DNA from: an uncultured Isosphaeraceae bacterium
GTDB taxonomy: Bacteria; Planctomycetota; Phycisphaerae; Phycisphaerales; SM1A02
Direction of reading: 5' to 3'
Length of the DNA stretch: 34,874 nucleotides
NCBI GenBank assembly: GCA_964477675.1
Contig: CAYZEX010000002.1
Coordinates: forward strand, 1-34,874
The notes under the pieces are model-generated. The model ran no database searches and was not told the DNA's origin. It saw only the letters and a list, made by a program, of their open reading frames with translations. Shown here piece by piece: positions 10,269 to 18,813 of the stretch; the first letter of the stretch is position 1; every line of letters starts with the position of its first letter. The translations under genes and the position numbers were made by a program.

Positions 10269-10297
10269 TTGATAAAGTAGGTAACTTTAACGATATT
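10269..10297 (+). promoter_or_regulatory. Candidate sigma70-type promoter for the ABC module
   Basis: TTGATA, 17 nt, GATATT, ending about 20 nt before the first candidate start codon. The -10 match is only moderate. Confidence 0.3.
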
Positions 10298-10317
10298 TTC
10301 ACCACTTTCGACCTAAT

Positions 10318-11226
10318 ATGTGCGACCCTACCACCTCAATGTTGCAAGTACAACAAATAAGCAAGACTTTTGGAGAAACTGTAGCAGTTGAATCACTTTC
10401 ACTTTCTATTGGGAAAGGACAGATTTGTGGGTTACTTGGACCAAATGGCGCAGGAAAATCGACTGCGTTGAGGATGATTTGCGGTGTACTTGCACCAAAT
10501 GCGGGGCAGATTGTTATTGATGGTGTTGATCTCTTGACAAACCCACGTATTGCCAAACAATCATTGGGATATGTTCCAGAGGGAGCACCATTGCCTCTTG
10601 AGATGATACCTATTGAATACATGTCGAGTATTAGTTCCCTGTATGGTCTATCTGGCAAAACAAAAAAAGATACAATTTTCTACTGGGCTAATCGTTGCGA
10701 GATTGAAAAAGTACTCCACAAACCAATTGGTACGCTCTCTCGTGGATATCGACAGCGTGTTGCATTTGCAACGGCCTTGTTGCATCATCCATCATTGTTG
10801 ATTCTCGATGAACCAACGACAGGGCTCGATCCATCTCAACGAGCAACGTTCCATGAAATAGTTCATGATGTGGCTACTGAAGCTGCAATTTTGTATTCAT
10901 CCCATCATTTGGCTGAAGTCGAGTCTTCATGTAATGAGATTGCAATAATTCACGATGGCAAATTAATTGCTGAATATGATTTTGGTACATGGGTAGGCAA
11001 AGACGAAATCACGGTAGAAGTTTCGTCAAGTGAAATAGCAAATGCTCTTGGTGCAGAAAATGTAATTGAACTGGAATTCGGCTGGGTAAGATGCAATGTA
11101 AACCTTGGAGGGGAAGAAGTAGTTGAAAAAACACAGAATCTTGGAGGAAAGATTCGCCTTATTCAACCTGCCTCAAATACTTTGGAAACGAAATATCTAG
11201 AACTTATCCAAGGGGCAATCCAGTGA
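10318..11226 (+). CDS. ABC transporter ATP-binding protein (GldA-like, ABC-2 subfamily)
   Basis: Has Walker A GPNGAGKST, signature LSRGYRQRV, Walker B LLILDEPTTGLD and H-loop SSHHL. An alternative start is at 10339 (MLQVQQISKTFG). Confidence 0.9.
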   Translation: MCDPTTSMLQVQQISKTFGETVAVESLSLSIGKGQICGLLGPNGAGKSTALRMICGVLAPNAGQIVIDGVDLLTNPRIAKQSLGYVPEGAPLPLEMIPIEYMSSISSLYGLSGKTKKDTIFYWANRCEIEKVLHKPIGTLSRGYRQRVAFATALLHHPSLLILDEPTTGLDPSQRATFHEIVHDVATEAAILYSSHHLAEVESSCNEIAIIHDGKLIAEYDFGTWVGKDEITVEVSSSEIANALGAENVIELEFGWVRCNVNLGGEEVVEKTQNLGGKIRLIQPASNTLETKYLELIQGAIQ

Positions 11227-13910
11227 TGTTTAAAAATGTGTTGCACCTTTGTTTTCGTGACGTTCGATTATTGATGGTAGTTCCAACTGGAGCAATTGTT
11301 GTAGCACTCTTTGCTTTCTCTTCTAGTGTCGTATTTGTTTCTCAAGTATTAGAACCAAATTCAATCGCAACAATGCAACCGGTCTTTGAATTCGCTTCTT
11401 GGTTATTATTATTGTTATGTCCAGCACTTACTATGCGGTTAATTGCTGAAGAAAGGCGGGTAGGAACTTGGGAGATTTTATTGTCCACCCCAGTGAGTTC
11501 GTTTGAACTAGCAAAAGGAAAGTTCTTGTCAGCATTTTTCTTCCTTGTAATCGTATTACTCTCAACAGTACCGTTAGTTTTAGTTTTAGAGCTATACGCT
11601 AGTGTGGACTACGGTGCGGTAGCAAGTGGCTACTTGGGGCTACTTCTTCTTGGCGGTGCTGTAATTGGAACGGGGTTGTTTGTATCTGCATTGACTACAT
11701 CGCAGACGGTTGCATACCTTGTAACAACGTTTATTTGGTTACTTCTATCTTTGTCGATGAAAGTTATTCCTGCTTATGTTCCAACTAGATTTGCGGATAT
11801 ATTTTTTGCATCAGACCCAGATTTGCGTATCGCAAATTTTTCTATAGGATTGATTGATACATCAAATATCGTATTTTTCATGTCGATTGCGATTGCGATG
11901 GGGTGGATTGCTATTCTAGCAATTAGAAGAACTAGAGGAGTGTCATCACCCGCGTGGAAAATTATTTGTTGTTGCGTGCTGCTAGTTGTTTCAATGATTT
12001 CGATTAATGTATTTTCTCTTCAAGAGAATGTCCGGATGCGTATTGACGCAACTGGTTCCCGTTCGTACACGCTCAGTGATCAAACCTTAAATCTGTTGGA
12101 TGAGATTGAAGAGCCTTGGAAGATAGTTGTGTTAGTTGATGACACAAAAACTGACGATTCCGTTGTGCAACAAATCGATGAAGTGCTTCGCCGTTACACT
12201 GAAAAATCAGAGAACGTGAGTATCCAAAGAATTAATCCTGCAAATCCAAATTCCTTGGAAAAATACAATCGTTTATTGCTTGAGTTGATTGAACTTTATG
12301 GTGATGAGTTGTCAAAGGCAGAGCGCGAAATAAAAAATGGCATCGAGCAATTCTCTGAACTTATGGTTTTTGGAGAAAGTACTTCAGTTTGGGCTGAAAC
12401 ATTAGCGCAAATGCGATCCTCCAAGGAAGAGCAGGAAACACTTCAAACTCTTGCGGGAGCGCTTGCACTTGTAGGGTCAGAGGGAACACTCATTCTGGAT
12501 GAAATTGATAAAGCAATGCATATTGACGTTAGTCAACCACTCCCAAAGATTGCTTTGGCAAGAGACATTCTGGTTGCTGCTTTGGGGCAATGGTCTCAAG
12601 AACTTGCAGAAGTGGCTTGGTGGTTGTCAAAGGGGAGATCTGAAGCTATTGCCGAGATTTGTTTCAACGAAATTTCATCGTTCGAGAGGATGTCCGCTGA
12701 CCTTGCTCAAACTGCGACGGCTCTTCGCGATCTTGGTGAGTTAGAACTCGGGATGTTAGCTACTCAATTGACGATTGGTGAAGGTGCAATAATCCTTTCT
12801 CCACATCGTGCAACAATAATTCCAGCAAGTTTATTACTTCCAAGACAAATAGGTGGTACTTCAACCATTGCAGTTGATCAACGATTTAGAGGCGAACAGA
12901 TTATTTCTTCAGCAATGCGGTCATTGCAATCGGAGGTACAGCCTACAGTTGTCTTTGTGCATGCTCAAGAGCATTCACTTCTCTGGCAACAACCAAAAAA
13001 CATCGATGTTAATGCGGTTAAAAATTTACTTGAAGCAAGCAAGTTTAATGTCCAGGAATGGATTCCATGTGACAGCCCAAAACCATTGATTGAAAAAGGA
13101 CCATCGGTTTGGGTGGTTATTCCGCCTTCTAATAGATCTGGGCTGGAACCGTCAAAGAGAGAACAACAACTTATTCAAGCTACGAATGAACTCATCCTTT
13201 TGGGGGAACCAGTAATGATTAATCTTCATCCTAGTTTACTGCCAAGGTACGGGCAAGATGATCCATGGGATATTCTTGTTCAGAGACTCGGTGTTTCAGC
13301 GGATACGGAATATGCTATTGTTGAACAAATTGCTGTCGGACCCAATTCGCTTGAAATTGAACGTGGGCAGGCCATTCAAGAAACGAAAAGCGATCACCTA
13401 ATTGCTAGAGCAGTGAATGGTATGCAGATGTACTTCCCTCTTCCGATTACTTTGAAGGGTGGTGAACCAATTCTGCATGTTTATCCTGATGAGGATCGAT
13501 GGTTAGATCAACAATGGGAACGTCCAATAGCAGAAGGCACTAATAGAAAACAACTCATCGATGGAATGGTATTGGCAACAGCTGTAGAGATGGAAAACGG
13601 TGCTCGAGCGGTTGTATTTGGATCAGGTGGTTGGCTACTCTCTTGGGTTGTAGATCGTGCTGTATCACTTGGTGGCAATCAATTGTCGGTAATGAATCCA
13701 GGTAATAGTGAATTGCTCCTTGCATCAGTTGAGTGGTTAGCAGGGCTAGATGATTGGATTGCTGCAGGTCCTATTGGACAACAATCAAGCAGAGTCCGGC
13801 AACTTTCAAACAAGATGTATCTCATCTGGGCATGTATTCTTGTTTTTGGAATACCAATTGTACTTCTGGGGTCAGCAACGTATTACTCGATAAGCAGGCA
13901 TGCAAGATGA
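11226..13910 (+). CDS. Fusion of ABC-2 type permease (GldF-like) with a large GldG-like extracytoplasmic auxiliary domain and a C-terminal TM anchor
   Basis: The ATG at 11226 overlaps the upstream TGA (TGATG). The first 240 aa or so form 6 predicted TM helices. A hydrophilic region of roughly 600 aa follows, and the final 30 aa are hydrophobic (MYLIWACILVFGIPIVLLGSATYY). The GldG / ABC_transp_aux assignment is from architecture and recollection, not a search. Confidence 0.7.
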   Translation: MFKNVLHLCFRDVRLLMVVPTGAIVVALFAFSSSVVFVSQVLEPNSIATMQPVFEFASWLLLLLCPALTMRLIAEERRVGTWEILLSTPVSSFELAKGKFLSAFFFLVIVLLSTVPLVLVLELYASVDYGAVASGYLGLLLLGGAVIGTGLFVSALTTSQTVAYLVTTFIWLLLSLSMKVIPAYVPTRFADIFFASDPDLRIANFSIGLIDTSNIVFFMSIAIAMGWIAILAIRRTRGVSSPAWKIICCCVLLVVSMISINVFSLQENVRMRIDATGSRSYTLSDQTLNLLDEIEEPWKIVVLVDDTKTDDSVVQQIDEVLRRYTEKSENVSIQRINPANPNSLEKYNRLLLELIELYGDELSKAEREIKNGIEQFSELMVFGESTSVWAETLAQMRSSKEEQETLQTLAGALALVGSEGTLILDEIDKAMHIDVSQPLPKIALARDILVAALGQWSQELAEVAWWLSKGRSEAIAEICFNEISSFERMSADLAQTATALRDLGELELGMLATQLTIGEGAIILSPHRATIIPASLLLPRQIGGTSTIAVDQRFRGEQIISSAMRSLQSEVQPTVVFVHAQEHSLLWQQPKNIDVNAVKNLLEASKFNVQEWIPCDSPKPLIEKGPSVWVVIPPSNRSGLEPSKREQQLIQATNELILLGEPVMINLHPSLLPRYGQDDPWDILVQRLGVSADTEYAIVEQIAVGPNSLEIERGQAIQETKSDHLIARAVNGMQMYFPLPITLKGGEPILHVYPDEDRWLDQQWERPIAEGTNRKQLIDGMVLATAVEMENGARAVVFGSGGWLLSWVVDRAVSLGGNQLSVMNPGNSELLLASVEWLAGLDDWIAAGPIGQQSSRVRQLSNKMYLIWACILVFGIPIVLLGSATYYSISRHAR

Positions 13911-15202
13911 TTACAACCAGAGAACTACTATTATTATTCATTATCGCAATAGTTTTTTCACTGCTTGCTCTGATTAATTGGAAAGATGCAACGTATAGTT
14001 CCATCAAATCACAACATCTCCTCGTTCAAGATGTATCGATTAAATTTGACGATATTCAATCGATCTCGCTTAGAAAGAATGGAGAGAATTTTACATTTGA
14101 ATTACAAAATGGTGAATGGTGGCAAACGCTTCCTTTCAATGTTCGTTTGGATACACATTCAATGTCCATTTTGATTCACGCTGTTAAAGGTGTTGTTGCC
14201 ATTGGAGAACTACCAGATTCGACAAACCTTGCATCTATTGGTTTTGATAACCAATCGGATGTGATTGCGATGTCTGATGGTAATGAAACCATCCAAATAC
14301 GATTAGGAAGGAAAGCGCTTGGAGGACGAGCATATGCTCAATTAGGTGAAGATACACCACTAATCGTTGACCAATCTCTACATTTACAATTTATAGATGC
14401 CGATTATCGACTTTGGAGAGATGTGCGGATGTTTCCTGACTTTGCAATTGATGGCACTCGGATTGAACGAATTGTGAACGATGACCATTTACTCCTAGAT
14501 AGGAAATCTGGGCGATGGGAAATGTTAAAACCTGTTACAGCAAGGGTTGATCAAGATGTTTTATTAGAGTGGGTTGGCAAACTTGCTTCAATTCGGTTTG
14601 ATTCTTTTGTCGTAGATAATCCAGATGATATAGTTTTGTTTGGGCTGAACAATCCTGTTGCAACATTTCAGGTGAGCGATAGAAGGGGAACCAAGTATCA
14701 TGTTCTTGTTGGTGGTCGAGTTTCTTCAGGTTCTGAAGATAGATATGTGATGCTTGAAGGTAGACCAGTTGTTTACAAAGTTCTATGGGATTCACTCTCA
14801 CAGTTGTTTCCGCACGCAGAAATTTTTGTCGATGCAACTGGAAGCTCAGTTTCAAGATTTGATATTAAGCGAATAACAGTTCGTACTGATGGTGAAGAGT
14901 TGCAATTGCAAAGAAAGAATGAACAGTGGTTAAATGAGAGTGGAGTACCATTTGATTCAAACAAGATAAATGCTCTGTTAAGTTGGTTACTAGATACTCG
15001 ACCTCCGAATGTGGCGATTGGAGAGTATCCACTTAAAGATGAAATTGCTACAGTCACTTTTGATGGTTATGACCTTGCCCCTCTAGACACCGTTCGAATT
15101 GCAAAAGATTCGGTAGGTGGTTTTATTTTGGAGAACGGTGATAACGTTCTTCGACTTCACTCCGAGGCGTCAGGGAAAGTTCTTGATCCATTCACTAAAT
15201 AA
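13907..15202 (+). CDS. DUF4340-like membrane-anchored protein (partner of GldG-type ABC systems)
   Basis: The ATG at 13907 overlaps the upstream stop (ATGA). The N-terminal TM helix is MITTRELLLLFIIAIVFSLLALINW, and the rest is a beta-rich soluble region. The 13754 start in the ORF track would overlap the previous gene by 150 nt, so I rejected it. Confidence 0.6.
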   Translation: MITTRELLLLFIIAIVFSLLALINWKDATYSSIKSQHLLVQDVSIKFDDIQSISLRKNGENFTFELQNGEWWQTLPFNVRLDTHSMSILIHAVKGVVAIGELPDSTNLASIGFDNQSDVIAMSDGNETIQIRLGRKALGGRAYAQLGEDTPLIVDQSLHLQFIDADYRLWRDVRMFPDFAIDGTRIERIVNDDHLLLDRKSGRWEMLKPVTARVDQDVLLEWVGKLASIRFDSFVVDNPDDIVLFGLNNPVATFQVSDRRGTKYHVLVGGRVSSGSEDRYVMLEGRPVVYKVLWDSLSQLFPHAEIFVDATGSSVSRFDIKRITVRTDGEELQLQRKNEQWLNESGVPFDSNKINALLSWLLDTRPPNVAIGEYPLKDEIATVTFDGYDLAPLDTVRIAKDSVGGFILENGDNVLRLHSEASGKVLDPFTK

Positions 15203-15221
15203 GGGCGTAAGTCAATGCAAA

Positions 15222-16286
15222 TCATGGAGTTACAATCAATCGAGCAACGGTGTCTTCGCCACAGGGCTGTTCATCAACGAGTGTTGTTGTTAATGTTTTG
15301 ATAAGGGAATTCATGTTAATTGCAGGTGTTATGTTTGATAAATTTGGAGAGGTAAATCTCCAGATTTCATTCACGAGTTGTTGGGTAAACAGATGCTGGA
15401 AGAGCTTTGCACCACCCTCTACAAGGACATTTGTTGCATCGTAGTTCTCAACAAGGTGTCGAAATAAAGGCTCAAGTTTTAGAACACTATCTTGACTTGG
15501 AAGCGAGAGGAGATTGCAAGTGGCATACGATGATATGTCAGCACTCTGTGCATGAGCGAGGAGTGTAGGTGCGTCATCATTGAGCACCTTTGCTTTACCT
15601 GGCGTGCGAAGTGAAGGGTCAATCACTACTCGAATAGGAGTTCTATGCTTTGTGACTCCTCGCGCTGTTAGGGTTGGATTGTCAGCAATTACGGTACCGA
15701 CACCAACAACAATGGCATCAACACAACATCGTTCTTCATGTACAAGTTGTTGACTCTCCTCACAACTTATCCATGGGGAATCATTCTCTGGCGTTTCTAT
15801 ACAGCCATCAATAGTTTGAGCCCATTTACACGTTATCCATGGAAGTTTTGTTTTAATTCGATGTTCAAATGGAGCAATAATTTCATTACAGAGTTCATTA
15901 TTGACTATTTCAACATCGACGCCATTGGAGCGTAAGAACTCCGCACCTCCGCTTGCTACTGGGTGTGGGTCTCGAACCCCAATGACAACACGCTTGATAT
16001 TAGATTGAAGTAATGCATGTGAGCAAGGTGGAGTTTTACCATGATGGTTGCATGGTTCCAATGTAATGTACGCAGTTCCACCTATCGCTTGATTGCCAGC
16101 TTTCTTCAAAGCAGTAATTTCTGCGTGCGCTTCTCCGAATTGTTCATGATATCCATCTCCAACTATCTCTCCTTTGTTGTTCGTAATGATGCATCCAACC
16201 AAGGGGTTGGGTTCTGCTGTTCCATGCCCATTTACAGCGAGCCGCGCCGCCTGTTGTAACAATGAAATATCAAATTCATTATGCAT
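15222..16286 (-). CDS. ribD: Bifunctional riboflavin biosynthesis protein RibD (pyrimidine deaminase / uracil reductase)
   Basis: Has CMP/dCMP deaminase zinc motifs HAE (EAHAEITAL) and PCNHHGKTPPC, and a C-terminal RibD reductase domain (KWAQTIDG, VGTVIADNPTLT). Confidence 0.9.
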   Translation of the reverse strand: MHNEFDISLLQQAARLAVNGHGTAEPNPLVGCIITNNKGEIVGDGYHEQFGEAHAEITALKKAGNQAIGGTAYITLEPCNHHGKTPPCSHALLQSNIKRVVIGVRDPHPVASGGAEFLRSNGVDVEIVNNELCNEIIAPFEHRIKTKLPWITCKWAQTIDGCIETPENDSPWISCEESQQLVHEERCCVDAIVVGVGTVIADNPTLTARGVTKHRTPIRVVIDPSLRTPGKAKVLNDDAPTLLAHAQSADISSYATCNLLSLPSQDSVLKLEPLFRHLVENYDATNVLVEGGAKLFQHLFTQQLVNEIWRFTSPNLSNITPAINMNSLIKTLTTTLVDEQPCGEDTVARLIVTP

Positions 16287-16303
16287 AATTTGTACAGAGT
16301 ATT

Positions 16304-16340
16304 AAAAAAGGAAGCCCGTGGGTTAGACCTTTGGGCTTCC
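16304..16340 (-). terminator. Rho-independent terminator downstream of fusA
   Basis: On the minus strand, GGAAGCCC (complement of 16333-16340), a 15-nt loop, GGGCTTCC (complement of 16310-16317), then TTTTTT. It starts 28 nt after the fusA stop. Confidence 0.8.
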
Positions 16341-16367
16341 TTCGGGGGTTGGGCTATGTTTGGTTTG

Positions 16368-18482
16368 TTACGACTTTAATACTTCCTTTTTGAGGTTATC
16401 AGGCATCAATCGATATTCTGATGGCTCCATAGTGCTTGATGCACGTCCTTGAGTCATTCCTCGAAGGACTGTTGTGTACCCAAACATCTCGGAGAGTGGA
16501 ACTTCCGCATTGATAATTCGAACAACACCTCGAAGTTCAGAGTCATTGATTTGTCCGCGTCTACTTGAAAGGTCACCGCTAACTGCACCAAAAAACTCAT
16601 CTGGTGTCGTGATAATTACTTTCATAATTGGCTCTAGAAGCGCAAGACCAGCCTTAGTGCATGCTTCTCTAAATCCAAGTGCACCAGCTTGTTCGAATGC
16701 CACTTGGCTTGAGTCAACTTCATGGTATGAACCATCAACGAGTTCACAACAAACATTTACCATTGGGTATCCTCCGAGAATACCAGAGGAAGAGGCATTT
16801 CGAACACCATGTTGGACTGATGGAACGTATTCGCGAGGAATGGAGCCGTGGCTAATTTTGTCAACAAAAACGATACCGTCTTTCATGACTAGTTCTTGCT
16901 CTTCTGCTTCAGTAGTTGTCATTGGGCGAACATTCATCACAACATCACCAAACTGGCCACGGCCACCAGATTGTTTGATAAATTTACCCCTTACATTTTC
17001 TGCTATGCCAGTAATAGTTTCACGGTAAGAAACTCGCGGTTGGCCAACATTAACACCAATTTTGAGGTCACGAGTCAGTTTGTTTTTCACGATCTCAAGA
17101 TGTAATTCACCCATGCCAGAAATAATTGTTTCACCAGTTTCATCATTGTAATTTGCATAGAAAGACGGGTCTTCACGACGAATTGTTGTGAGTGCTTCAC
17201 CGAGTTTCTTCTTGTCATCGTTTGTAATTGGTTCGATTGACATTGAAATGACTGGATCTGGGAAGTGCATTCGCTCAAGAATGATTGGGTTGTTTGTGTC
17301 GCAAAGCGTGTCGCCAGTCATAGAGTTCTTCAACCCAATCACTGCAACAATTGAACCAGCTCCTGCAAAATCAAGCGCTTCACGGTTCTTCGCATGCATT
17401 TCGTAAATACGTGAAATATTTTCCTTACGGCCGTTACCAGGATTCAATACACGTATCCCTTTTTCAAGTTTTCCAGAGTACACTCGAACGTATGTCAAGT
17501 CACCATGGGAATCGCTTACTACCTTGAACACCAATCCAGAGAATGGAGCGTCTTCATTACTTGGGCGAGATAATATCTCAGTATCGTCCTTAGGGTTTGT
17601 GCCCTGAACGTCAGGTACTTCGGTTGGGTTTGGCAGGTATTCAATAACTCCATTGAGTACACGTTGCACACCAATATTCTTTAAAGCCGAACCGCAATAA
17701 GTTGGAAACGCTCGCATGTCAATTGTTGCTCGGCGAAGTGCTGCTTTCAATTGTGTCTCAGTGATTGCGGACTCATCTTCAAGATAGAGTTCAGTTAACC
17801 GGTCGTCGAGTTCAGCGATTCGTTCTATGATGTCATGTCGCCAAATATCAGCCATTTCCTGCATATCTTCAGGGATGTCACGTTGCTCTACAACAGAACC
17901 CATTTCGCCACTGTCAAAGTAATACGCTTTCATTTCGATGAGGTCGACGATGCCTTCAAACGTATCACCAGCACCAATTGGAAGTTGTACAGCAATCGCA
18001 TTTGCACCAAGGCGTTCACGAAGTGTTCCGTAACTGAATTCAAAATCAGCACCGATTTTGTCCATTTTGTTGATGAGGCATAGACGAGGAACGTTGTACC
18101 TATCTGCTTGTCGCCAAACGGTCTCGGACTGTGCTTCAACACCTTCCTTACCATCAAAGACAGCAACAGCCCCATCAAGTACCCGCATAGATCGTTCTAC
18201 TTCAATAGTGAAGTCCACGTGACCTGGTGTATCAATAAGATTTACGGTGTATTCTTGACCATTGAAATCCCAAGGGCAAGTGGTAGCAGCAGACTGAATC
18301 GTAATACCACGTTCTTGTTCTTCTTCAAGGAAGTCCATTGTTGCTGTGCCTTCGTGGACTTCACCAATCTTGTAACTCTTTCCGGTGTAGAACAGGACAC
18401 GTTCAGTAACGGTTGTTTTCCCCGCGTCAATGTGAGCACAGATGCCAATATTTCTTACGTAAGTTAAATCTCTTGCTGCCAT
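16368..18482 (-). CDS. fusA: Translation elongation factor G
   Basis: 704 aa with G1 [10 protein letters not shown]3 DTPGH, G4 NKMD, and EF-G domains II-V throughout. It is not adjacent to rpsL/rpsG/tuf. Confidence 0.95.
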   Translation of the reverse strand: MAARDLTYVRNIGICAHIDAGKTTVTERVLFYTGKSYKIGEVHEGTATMDFLEEEQERGITIQSAATTCPWDFNGQEYTVNLIDTPGHVDFTIEVERSMRVLDGAVAVFDGKEGVEAQSETVWRQADRYNVPRLCLINKMDKIGADFEFSYGTLRERLGANAIAVQLPIGAGDTFEGIVDLIEMKAYYFDSGEMGSVVEQRDIPEDMQEMADIWRHDIIERIAELDDRLTELYLEDESAITETQLKAALRRATIDMRAFPTYCGSALKNIGVQRVLNGVIEYLPNPTEVPDVQGTNPKDDTEILSRPSNEDAPFSGLVFKVVSDSHGDLTYVRVYSGKLEKGIRVLNPGNGRKENISRIYEMHAKNREALDFAGAGSIVAVIGLKNSMTGDTLCDTNNPIILERMHFPDPVISMSIEPITNDDKKKLGEALTTIRREDPSFYANYNDETGETIISGMGELHLEIVKNKLTRDLKIGVNVGQPRVSYRETITGIAENVRGKFIKQSGGRGQFGDVVMNVRPMTTTEAEEQELVMKDGIVFVDKISHGSIPREYVPSVQHGVRNASSSGILGGYPMVNVCCELVDGSYHEVDSSQVAFEQAGALGFREACTKAGLALLEPIMKVIITTPDEFFGAVSGDLSSRRGQINDSELRGVVRIINAEVPLSEMFGYTTVLRGMTQGRASSTMEPSEYRLMPDNLKKEVLKS

Positions 18483-18778
18483 AATTCTTTGCCAATCAGA
18501 CCAAAATGGTCATAATTTTTGATATCCCAACACCCATCACACGCGTGGCGGGTAATAATAATAAGTTTGTAATAACGAACACTGTTTGTCGGAAGGCTAC
18601 TTCCGTTTGCCCAGACCTTCCTGAGCGCTTCCATTCGGAATCATTCAGTGCGGTCGGGCCTCTTCTTCATCTTCTTGCAACGGTAATCTCCTTCCGCTGC
18701 GCCATAGTTAGATATGACTGAGGCCACGTAACACCAACTGCAATGTGCGACAATCGCAAAAAGAGTGGCAAGCCCAAT

Positions 18779-18806
18779 ATTGTATCGAAAAAAATATGTT
18801 CGTCAA
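18779..18806 (-). promoter_or_regulatory. Near-consensus sigma70-type promoter reading toward fusA
   Basis: The minus strand reads TTGACG, 16 nt, TACAAT (-35 at 18806-18801, -10 at 18784-18779). It sits immediately after the stop of the upstream RNase HII-like gene. The predicted TSS is near 18772, about 290 nt upstream of the fusA ATG. Confidence 0.55.
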
Positions 18807-18813
18807 TACTTTT

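Noticed and set aside
13754-13906. Upstream start for the DUF4340-like ORF (track 13754..15202)
   Set aside because: It would overlap the 3' end of the permease/GldG-like gene by about 150 nt. The ATG at 13907 forms a classic ATGA overlap and is followed at once by a TM helix.
18585-18625. Possible SRP (4.5S) RNA domain IV on the minus strand (GGU...GGAAGUAGCC resembles the E. coli GGAAGCAGCC)
   Set aside because: The 5' half does not give the conserved CAGG / UCC-GGAA-GGA arrangement. There is no GNRA-closed helix 8, and the symmetric loop cannot be formed. It also lacks the flanking long helix. I treat it as a chance resemblance within a GGA-rich region.
18506-18721. 71-aa plus-strand ORF in the fusA upstream gap, plus several tiny minus-strand uORFs (for example MAQRKEITVARR and MKKRPDRTE)
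   Set aside because: There is no RBS, no recognisable family, and the composition looks like non-coding sequence. It is the only ORF in a region better explained as a leader or ncRNA. The uORFs cannot be supported from sequence alone.
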